Origin: the human T2T-CHM13v2.0 reference genome, Homo sapiens
DNA length: 64,000 nt
NCBI RefSeq assembly: GCF_009914755.1
Contig: NC_060942.1
Reading direction: 5' to 3' (one strand)
Each line of letters opens with the position of its first letter. The stretch's first letter is position 1. The position numbers and the translations under genes are program-made. The notes under the pieces were generated by a model. The model was not told the DNA's origin. It did no database searches and was given only the letters and a program-made list of their open reading frames with translations. Shown here in pieces: positions 14,780 to 29,443 of this stretch.

Positions 14780-15594
14780 CTCTATGGAATCTGATGCAAC
14801 GTAAGTAAATATATAAACAAATACATAAAGCACCCGATGACATATGGTACTACAAAGTTTTGTCGATCCAGCTTAGTGCGTTCATATTGTAAATTCATCT
14901 AATAACTGTGTTTGTCTATTTCCAGTGTGCACCTTATTTATATGTAAAGCTCAACTCAGGACCACCTTCTCCTGTGAGGTCATCCCTCTGCTTCTAGTTT
15001 TCACAAACCACTTTCAGCTCGCGTTCCTATAGCCCTGGTAGTTAGAACAACAAAACAGTCTGCAGTTTACTGTATTTTTTTTCTTGTAATATTATCTGTT
15101 CTTATTTCACCGAGTTTTTAGAGCCCGACTTTTGGAAGTTCTTCTAGACTAACTCCCTCTGACTTCTTCCTGCCCCTCTTTTCTCTTTCCCGGGGCAATC
15201 ATTCGTTAAGTTCCTCGAAGATTCTACCGCACTCTACTCTGATGTGTACCTCCTTTATTAGTTTTCCTCATTATTTCAATAGTGTCCTTGCCCTTACTTA
15301 CCAGCCTCATTTATTCTTTTTTCACACTGCCAGCAATGTTAGATAGCTAGAACAAAAATCTGATCACATCTCTTCCCTGCTTGAAGTCTTTCACAGGTAT
15401 TCCTATCCATTACCACAAACATCCAAACGAATGTTACCATTCTTGCACTCATTTCTCACACGACCCATGCTATACTCAACTACCCTGTAGTTTTTCCACT
15501 TACATTACATGGTCCAGTGCCTCCATGAGAAATGAAAGGAGTATTTTCACACTAGAATTATAAGAGAGAATGTATCAAATATTTTACATTTTTA

Positions 15595-15760
15595 TCTCAT
15601 TTATTTTTTGCTCAACTTTAAGAGGGAGGTATAATCATTATCCTCATTTTAAAAAGAAAAAATAGGGCATTTGAGAGGCTACATAAGCTGCCCAATGTGG
15701 CAAGAAGAATAAACAGACAACGCTAGAATAAAATTCACATCTTTCTCCTCCACAGCTATG
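15595..15760 (-). mobile_element. MIR fragment within L2 relics (~15300-16130)
   Basis: attatcctcatttt...gaggctacataagctgccca. Flanked by L2-like sequence (aaaatctgatcacatctcttccctgctt). Confidence 0.55.
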
Positions 15761-16473
15761 TCTTTATCCTCTATGCCTTTTTGCTGTTCCATAGGCTATC
15801 CTTCTGCCCAGAATTTCTTCTTTCTCACCTCTTTGCTGTCAAATAAACTACAGTTACTCTTTTTAACTCAGCTAAAATGTCTTCTTTTTCTGTAAAGCTT
15901 TCCCAAGAATCTCTCCTTCCACTTCAGCAGGTTAAAAGCTTCAAACTTTGAACTTTAAAATACCTGGTATCTACCTTTTCTGTAAGATGTATTATGTTAT
16001 ACTATAATTATCTATTTAGGCGTATTTTCCTCACCAGATTTAGTGCATGACTCACTTCCCTGTATTGTTTTGTTTTCTACATAGACTTATCACAATGTAT
16101 GCATCCAGAAACAGTTTGTGGTTAATTGATTGACGAGTGCTATATAATTTGACTTTAAAAATGCCCAAGAATCTAGAAGTGATATGCATAAATGATCTTA
16201 GTTAAATGGAGCTTTCACATTGTACATAGCTTCAAGCAGTGAATTTCAACTGTGAAGTTAAAACTTCTTAGTGGAGAAAACAGAATCTCAGAGTATTAGT
16301 GATATGTGCAGCTTATGCAATTTATTAGTATAATATATGTTTGGGAACATTTTCCCTTCCAAATACTAATTAGGGAATATAAAAGGTAAACACATGTTTT
16401 GACACGTTTATGTGTAACATAGTTCTCAATATGTGTGCACTATCTTCTAAACGTATTGAAAGTGGCCATGGCT

Positions 16474-18655
16474 GGACCAGCGTCGGCCCGTCGCCTCCAC
16501 CTCTGCTGCAGCTGGGCCCCAGTCAGATCCCTCTGGCCCGGCCTGACTTGGTCTGGCTAACCCGGGCTCAGCGGCCATGAAGCCACAGCTCCCGATGGAA
16601 ATCATATTACATAGAATATTTGGGTGACATCTGCCTGAGAGATCTCCAAGAATTACAGAAAACAAAAATACTAATGCACTTGAGAAAGCGGTAGTTTTGT
16701 GGGGAGGCGGAAAAAGCAACTGCTTTTCTGCAACTTGGCTGGATGCTAAGATGTCCGTGGACATGAATAGCCAGGGGTCTGACAGCAATGAAAAGCACTA
16801 TGACTCAAATTGTGAGGAAGAGGAACAAGAAGAGGATGAAGACCCTGGGGACATAGAGGACTATTACCTGGGAGTAGCCAGCAATGTGGAGCAGCAGGGG
16901 GCTGATGCCTTTGATCCTGAGGAGTACTAGTTCACTTACTTGACCTACAAGAAATCTGAGGGTGCCCTGAACGAGCACATGACCAGCTTAGCCTCTGTCC
17001 TAAAGGTATCTCATTCAGTTGCTAAACTTATATTAGTTAATTTCCATTGGCAAGTTTCAGAGAGATTGGACAGATACAAGTCCAATTCTGCTCAACTGCT
17101 CGTTGAGGCTCGAGTTCAGCCTAATCCATCAAAACATGTTCCCGCATCTCATCCCCCTCACCTCTGTGCAGTGTGTATGCAGTTTGCGCGAAAGAAAAAC
17201 CTACTCTCCCTGGTCTGTCAGCACCAGTTTTGCCGTAGCTGCTTGGAGCAGCACTGCTCAGTTCTCGTTAAGGATGGTGTGGGTGTGGGAGTCGCTTGCA
17301 TGGCTCAGGACTGTCCCACTCCATACACCAGAGGACTTTGTGTTTCCATTGCTTCCCAATGAAGAATTGAGAGAGAAATACAGGTGCTACCTCTTCAGGG
17401 ACTATGTGAAGAGTCATTACTAGCTCCAGCTGTGCCCTGGTGCAGACTGCCTCATGGTTGTTCGGGTACAGGAGCCTAGAGCTCACCGAGTATAGTGCAA
17501 TCGGTGCAACGAGGTCTTCTGTTTCAAGTGTCATCAAATATATCACGCACCCACAGACCGCATCACCATCCGAAAATGGCTCAAGAAGTGTGCAGACAAC
17601 TCTGAAACAGCCGACTACAGTAGTGCTCACACTAAAGACTGTCCCGAATACAACATCTGCATTGAGAAGAATGGAGGCTGCAATCACATGCAATGCTCCA
17701 AATGTAAACACGACTTCTGCTGGACATATCTAGGAGATTGGAAGGCACATGGCAGTGAATAATATGAGTGCAGTACTTACAAGGAGAATCCTGACATTGT
17801 GAACCAGCGCCAACAAGCCCAGGCGAGGGAAGCCCTCAAAAAGTACTTATTCTACTTTGAGAGGTGGGAAAACCACAACAAAAGCTTGCAGCTAGAGGCA
17901 CAGACATACCAGCAGATTCATGAGAAGATTCAGGAGAGGGTCATGAACAATCTGGGGACATGGATTGACTGGCAGTACCTACAGAGTGCAGCCAAGCTCT
18001 TGGCCAGGTGTTGATACACCCTGCAGTACATCAACCCATATACATATTACATGGAGTCTGGACCCAGGAATGAGCTGTTTGAATACCAGCAGGCTGAGCA
18101 GGAGGCTGAAATTGAAAACCTCTCATGGAAAGTGGAACATGCAGACAGCTATGACAGAGGGGACTTGGAGAACCAGATGCATGTAGCCGAGCAGTGGAGG
18201 AGAACCCTGCTGAAGGATTTCCATGACACCTAAGTTGGGATGTGGATGTGCGGGGGTGAGGAAGATAAGGCTGCAAGGTCTCCTGGCTGCCCTACTACAT
18301 GCTGCAGGCTCTGCCTTTCATGACCCCTGGCGACAGCCAGGGCCCCACTCCTGAGAGACACTGGCAACACCTCTTAGTTAATTTCTGTTTTCTTCTCTTC
18401 TCACTTTTTGTTTCTGCCAGGGTAGAGGCCATGTTGAACTGGTCTCTTTTCAGGACTTTTACTTCCCCCTGGATGGTTGTTGAGTGGGAGGGAAAGTGTT
18501 TTTTGGATAGCTATTAATAATATTAGATCATTACAACTTATGTAACTTTCAAAGTTTGTACAATTATACAAAAAAAGGCAAACTATAGGATAACACAGAG
18601 CCCTTTTTGAAAATAAATTGGCATTGGAGTGTAAAAAAAAAAAAGAAAAGAAAAA
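16474..18655 (+). pseudogene. ARIH2P1: Processed pseudogene of ARIH2 (ariadne RBR E3 ubiquitin ligase 2 / TRIAD1): 5'UTR, disabled CDS 16751-18233, short 3'UTR and poly(A)
   Basis: ORF pieces read [14 protein letters not shown]...[75 protein letters not shown] and ...[11 protein letters not shown], matching ARIH2 end to end with no introns. Premature stops at 16928, 17421, 17493, 17760 and 18012, plus a +1 frameshift near 17315. AATAAA at 18612 and poly(A) from 18633. TSD gaaagtggccatggct (16458-16473) / gaaagtagccatggct (18656-18671). The P1 symbol is recalled, not verified. Confidence 0.96.
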
Positions 18656-18825
18656 GAAAGTAGCCATGGCTATAAAAGAGTAAGAAATAGCAATATAAAG
18701 CTCAAGTACACTTGGCAGGATATTAAGGTCCCATAAAACAGGACTAATTAAAAAATTACCAACCATTTCACAGTATAATGCCACCAAAAATATAAGGAAT
18801 CTGGTCCTAATGAATCAAATTAATT
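18656..18825 (+). repeat. Copy 1 of a 170 bp direct repeat flanking the L1
   Basis: Aligns without gaps to 20091-20260, with 12 mismatches counted by eye. Confidence 0.95.
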
Positions 18826-20090
18826 GATTCCCCATTTAATAAATGGTGTTGGGAAAACTGGCTAGCCATATGCAGAAAACTGAAACTGGACCCCTTCCTT
18901 ACCCCTTATACAAAAATCGACTCAAGATGGATCAAAGACTTAAATAAACATAAACCTAGGACCATGAAGATCTGAGAAGAAAGGCTGGCCAATACCATTC
19001 AGGACATAGGCATGAGCAAAGACTTGATGTCTAAAACACCAAAAGCAATGGCAACAAAAGTCAAAATTGACAAATGGGATCTAATTAAGCTAAAGAGCTT
19101 CCGTGCAGCAAAAGAAACTATCATTAAAGTGAGTAGGCAACCTACAGAATGGGACAAACTTTTTGCAATCTATTCATCTGACAAAGGGCTAATATCTAGA
19201 ACTACAAAGAACTTAAACAAATTTACAAGAAAAAAGCAAACAACTCCATCAAAAAATGGGCAAAGGATATGAATGGACACTTCTCAAAAGAAGACATTTA
19301 TGCAGCCAACAGACATATGAAAAAATGCTCATCATCACTGGTCATTAGATAAATGCAAATCCAAACCACAATGAGATACCATCTCATGCCAGTTAGAATA
19401 GTGATCATTAAAAAGTAAGGAAACAGATGTTGGAAAAGTTGTGAAAAAATAGGAACGCTTTTACACTGTTGGTGGGAGTGTAAATTAGTTCAACCATTGT
19501 GGAAGACAGTGTGGCGATTCCTCAAGGATGTAGAACCAGAAATACCATTTGACCCAACAATCTCATTACTGGGCATATACCCAAAGGATTATCAATCATT
19601 CTACGATAAAGACGCATGCACATGTATGTTTATTGTGGCACTACTCACAATAGCAAAGACTTGGAACCAACCCAAATGTCCATCAGTGATAGACTGGTTT
19701 AAGAAAATGTGTCACCTATACACCATGGAATACTATGCAGCCATAAAAAGATGAGTTCATGTCCTTTGCAGGGACATGGATGAAGCTGGAAACCATCATT
19801 CTCAGCTAACTATCACAAGATCAGAAAACCAAACACGGCATGTTCTCACTCATAAGTGGGAGTTGAACAATGAGAACACATGGACACAGGAAAGGGAACA
19901 TCACACACCAGGGCTTGTGGGGACTGGGGAGGTAGGGGAGGGGTAACATTAGGAGAAATACCTAATGTAGGTGAAGGGTTGATGGGTGCAGCAAATCACC
20001 GTGGTACGTGTATACCTATGTAACAAAACTGCACAATCTGCACATGTAACCCAGAACTTGAAGTATAATTAAAAAAAAAAAAAGGAAAAA
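18826..20090 (+). mobile_element. 5'-truncated L1PA (approximately PA7/PA8) 3' end with poly(A)
   Basis: Starts gattccccatttaataaatggtgttgggaaaactgg. ORF2 C-terminal peptides ([23 protein letters not shown]; TWNQPKCPS...YTMEYYAAIK), L1 3'UTR, and poly(A) from ~20071. Confidence 0.95.
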
Positions 20091-20260
20091 GAAAGTGGCC
20101 ATGGCTATAAAACAGTAAGAAATAGCAATATAAAGCTCAAATACACTTGGTAAGATATTAAGGTCACATAAAAGAGGACTAATTAAAAAATTACCAGCCA
20201 TTTCACAGAATCATGCCACCAAAAATATAAGGAATCTGGTCCTAACAAATCAAATTAATT
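20091..20260 (+). repeat. Copy 2 of the 170 bp direct repeat
   Basis: Begins with gaaagtggccatggct, identical to 16458-16473. Confidence 0.95.
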
Positions 20261-20455
20261 TGATAATATTCCCATTTTTTTCCTGGCCTATATACTTAGA
20301 TAAATAAATGTCATAGATTTGGAGTTTATTTCAGGAAATGTCCACAGACATAAATCTTAACAGCTTAAAAAATAATATATTTTCCAGCAGTTTGGAGAAA
20401 ACATATAGTGACTTTTTCCCCTTAAATAGGAACTGGTATATGTAAATAAAATAAA

Positions 20456-20504
20456 TGTTAATTTATCAATAATACTCTTGTGTTAATTTATCAATAATAC
20501 TCTT
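20456..20504. repeat. Perfect 24 bp tandem duplication
   Basis: tgttaatttatcaataatactctt at 20456-20479 and 20481-20504. Confidence 0.9.
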
Positions 20505-22467
20505 TTACTTGGTCTTTAAGATGCTGTCAGACATCTTTTAGTATTGCCTTATTGTTTTATCAGAAAGCCAGCATCAAGACTGGTATGACTTTTTTCTTCC
20601 TATGATGACTGGAACATAAGCTCAATGTATACTCTTTGGAGGTGGCATCTTTTGATTTTATTCTCAGAAAACTAGTACATTTAAGAAAAACTTTCTAAAA
20701 CTGAGAATGTTTTCACTATGCAAAGGCCATCCTTATTCTGGATTGAGATTTACTTTTATAACATTGGTTATTAGATTTCTTAGCATACTGCATTTTCTCT
20801 CTGGTTTTAAAAGACACACTATGAATATGATGAACCATGGGCTATGGACATATTAAAACTCTTTTAGATAAAATACCACTCCAATTTCTTTTCTGAATTG
20901 GCTTTTCACAACATTCTTTGTTTTATTATTTTTGTTCTTATATATCTTGCCTTCCTAGAGCATATTTCAAAACGTTTATGTACTCTCTCCAAATACCTAG
21001 AGGGGTCACATTTATATTTTCCTTAATATTCCTTGTGGCCTCATATTTATAGATAAGTCCTTTATAATGCAGTTTATATTATGATGAAAAGGACATAAGG
21101 GACCCTGGCTTTCTTTTTTGTCCAGTCTCTAAACCCGAGGAGGTACTGTGTAGGGAAGTATTCATTTCGCATACAACTACATCAAACCAATGACAGTGAC
21201 TAGCTGAAAAGAATTTTCAACCTTGTAAATTATAGCTTTACGTAATTAGTGACATCATATAACAAGATAAATTATGAATTTAGAAAATCATTATTCGGTA
21301 AATGAATGCTTGTCAGTTGCTCTGAAGGCAAATTAATCTTCCAGCATCAGAAGAAGGCCTAAAGGAACAGGCAGAATCACAGATTACACTGTTATACAAA
21401 GTCTTTTCCCTCATAAATTGGTGATTCTGCCCATCAGTGTGCTCTTTTTGGTAGAGTAGTGGATAATAGCCTGATTCTGGAGAAAATGTTCATCTTTGGA
21501 AGCTGTTGAAAATCTTGAGGGAGCAACAATTGTTTTGCATTCAAATCATAATTTATAAGATCTAAGATTTATACATGGCATATGCTCTTTATGATTAATT
21601 GGAGTAAGACATTAATTTTCCAGTTTTCTCCAGGATATTCAGTATTTAGAAAAAAGGAATGTACCAAAAGCTAGAGGACTCTACTTAGACCTGAACTCAC
21701 TTAGGTTCACGGAAATAAATATCTCCTATTCCTCATCAGGATGATCTGTTCTTTAGTACAGCTGAAACTGGCCACACTAAATACAGTGATCAATATCTGT
21801 GATGTCTAGTAGGCCTTCCTGGTTGCATTGGCCATAGCGTCCTGTTCAGACAGGTGGACTAGGATTGCCATTAATTGGACTTGATTTGGCTCAGTGGAAT
21901 TCCATTTGTAAAACACCTTAGTACAATAATTCTTACCTGTAAAACAGCAGCAATTTGCTAAACCAAATAGAATATATCCCTTCTTAATTTAGACTACAGA
22001 ATCCAAAATGGACTGGCAAGTTTGAAACAAGCAGCAAAACTTCGGACAGAAGTAGATACACAATTAGAGAGAAAGAGTTGGTGAGAACAATGGATACAAG
22101 AACTGCCTTATGTGCTTTTTGCTTTCTGCCACTTATGTATCTTCGCATTAATGTCATTCTTCTTATCGTACCCTGTGTGATTCTCATTTCTCTAAAACCA
22201 AATATCATCTAGAGAATATTATGAGTAATGTTTGCATGATGAACATTGAAGTTATTTAAATAAATATTCTCACTTGTCATCCTTGATTAAACGATAAGTG
22301 TCAGATTACAGATGCTTGTCATATTATCCACTGTGTTTTTCTTTCCTCCTTTTCATATACTACTTAGATTTCCCTTTTCAGCTTCTTAACATACCTTTCC
22401 GTTGGGATCTGAATTAGTTGAGGCAGCCATTCTGTGTTGGGTTACCTGTGTGGACAAGGGCAATTCA

Positions 22468-22914
<447 letters not shown>

Positions 22915-22939
22915 TCACCTTTTCTCAAATGTTCTGGTT

Positions 22940-23342
22940 TTAAATAGCTATCCCTGAATAATAAATAACCACAAAAACTCAGTGGTGTAAAAATAAAGCA
23001 TTTATTTCTCAGTCATTTGTCTGCAAATTGGCTGTGGTTTTGTAGAACTAAGCTGAGCTGGACTGGGTTTGGCTTGGGGCTATAGAATGAATTCAGGTCT
23101 GTTCCAAATGTCTTTCAATATTCTGGGACCAGCCAGCTATCAGGAATATATTCTTTCCATAGCAATTATGGAAGTGTAAGAGAGTAAGATGAATCATGCA
23201 AACTCATTTCAATCTTGTTAATATCCTGTCAGCAAAAACAAGTCATATGACCCAGCCTGAAGTCAAGAAGCCTGATAGTATGGAGAGATAAGGGTGTGTG
23301 GGTGGAGTAAGCATTTATTCGTAGTGATCTAGGCTGCTACAG
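22940..23342 (-). mobile_element. Old MaLR LTR (MLT1-type)
   Basis: aaataaccacaaaaactcagtggt...catttatt and aagtcatatgacccagcctgaagtcaag motifs. Confidence 0.6.
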
Positions 23343-24356
23343 TCATCATCCAGAATTTCCCTTGTCCATACAGGTGACCCAATGCAAAAATTGCTGCTTC
23401 AGCTGATTCAGATCCCAACAGAAATGTACATCCAGAAGTTGAAAAGAGAGATCTAAATAATATATGAGTGTAAGGAAAGAACACACTGGATAATAATGTT
23501 CAGTGTAGACCAGACAAGCATCTGTAACCTGGCATTTATCTTTTAATGTAGATATTGAAAGAGTTAAAAAGGCTTCCAATACTTTATTTCAAAATATGCA
23601 TTTTATTTATATGTCACAAATACTTGGCAGTTAATGAAATGTTTTTGAACTCCATCAGTAAGAATCATAGTTCAGTGAATGGAGAAAACAAAACAAAACA
23701 AATAGTATGTGTGATAATCCCCAGTTCAAACTTGGCTTTGGTTCTAAAATTATAGAGATTATATATAATAAGACAGTGCTCCCTTCTTTTTGAAGGGCTT
23801 TATATATAATGACTCACAATTTCCTCTTAGGAAAAGCTTACAGGTGTTTTATCTGATTGAGGAATTTCAAACTGTTCGTAACTACTTAGTTTTTGATACG
23901 TTTCTGCTCTCAGTATAATATGTATTATGCAAATTCTATATATTATACATATATAATACATATTTTTCAGTCTGATTAATAAGAATTTAAATGAAGTAAT
24001 TCAGTTTAAGGTACTAAGAGTAAAAATATGATATTTAATTGAAATTTATGACTCCCTTCCATCTTCCACCATTAATGATTCTTTTTGTCCTAATTAAGAA
24101 CATATCTAAAACAGTGATATTTGGGGGTAGAAAAGGCAAAATGTCCTGAGAATTAAAGCTGTTTTTTTTGCCTAAGACTTGGTAAAATGTTTCATCCAAT
24201 TTTTTATCTGTCATTTTGTGAAATATACAATTCATACTGGAGGGTATTGAAACATTAAACAAAATAGCAAAGTGCAATTAATTATTTTAAGAACTCATTA
24301 AGATAAAAACAACAAAGATAGTAAAAGCAAAGAAATCTGACATAATGTTTTGATTA

Positions 24357-28029
<3,673 letters not shown>

Positions 28030-29443
28030 CACAGAATTTTTAAACAGGGAAGAGATTCTTGTAGGAAAAAGAAAAGAGCATGTGAAATTGTTTGCATATT
28101 CAATTCTCTACATATTATTTTGGAAGTCTGGGTAAGAAGTTAAAGTTTATGATATTAAAATTGGACATATCCTGAAAATAAGTCATTATTTTATTCCATT
28201 GAAAATCAGAGTGCTACTTTGAAATATATTCTATCTTTTATGGAAATAAATACAATCTGTGTGAATTGTATTTGTGTTTGGAAAAGAAATTTTTTTTCAA
28301 ACTCTCTGAGGTTCCAGTGTAAAAAAGAAAGCAGCATCTAAGCATTCTCACAAGTTTTCTCTATTCATTAAAATGAAAAACTGTGACAAGGATCTAGCCT
28401 GAATCAGATAGGTCAGGAAACTGTAATTCCAATCCAAAAAACCATAAACATTTTATATTACTGGCCATTTGACTAAAGCTTCACAGCAGATAAAGAAAAA
28501 ATAATGCCTCTAGAGATAAAAAGTAAATCAATCACACATAGAATATTATTTATTTCACATTGTACTGTCTTTGCTGTGATTTATCTCTTATAATTTATTT
28601 CAGCAAATGTGTAAAAATACATTGTGAATCTGGTTCTCTAAAGAATTTTCTCAGGAACTCACATGCATTGAGAGCAGGTTACTTGAAAATGAATTATCAC
28701 ACACCCTTGAAAGAAGTTTTTCACAAGGATGAACAAAGGATGCTAAACAGCAGTCCAAGAAATGTTGTTGTTACATAATGTTGTTTTAAATTCACTATTA
28801 AATTTTAATATATATTTATGTTTAAATTATATATGCATATATGAGTGTATGCATATGATTTTAATACATCTTATCAAAACAAAACTTTTAAAATAAAGCT
28901 ATCAACTTGTATGAAGGGAAGAGTATCTTAATATGGTACTGTTAAGATACCTTATTGAGGGACATACAACAAAACTATATTTTTAAAGCATTTACAAATT
29001 TTCTGAAATTATACAGGTTCAAACATGGTCTAACTGAAATTAAATTGGCTCTAAAAATGATGCCAGAAATTAGGATGAATGGCCAAAATGGTATAACTTT
29101 CGAGAAATCACTGAATCGATTATAGCTTCACTTACCATTTTTCCTAATCCTCCAGTTTATAAGTAGAACACGTTTAGTATAGGATGGCGAGTAAACTGAA
29201 AGGTTATTCTCTCCTGTACAGCCTCTCTTAGTCTCTCTTTGAATGATAATATCCTTCATAGCACTTATAATTTAAAATTATTTGTTTACTTATTTGTTGT
29301 TTCTTTCTTGACTGTGCTAGTCATAGTATGTGGTAGACATTCAAAAAATATTTGTGGAATAACTAAGAGTTCTCAAGATGAAACTTGTGATATAAACAGA
29401 TGTTAATAGACTTCACAAATACTTCTTTTTGTAGTCATTATTC

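Noticed and set aside
17268-17711. 147-aa antisense ORF
   Set aside because: It is a shadow frame of the pseudogene CDS with no recognisable protein features.
16697-18233. ARIH2-like ORFs as exons of a functional gene
   Set aside because: They are contiguous with no introns, broken by stops and a frameshift, and bounded by poly(A) and a TSD.
18401-20201. Paired similar minus-strand ORFs (GNFLISP.L.DLNILPSV.ELYIAISY) as a small gene family
   Set aside because: They are simply translations of the two 170 bp duplicate copies running into poly(T).
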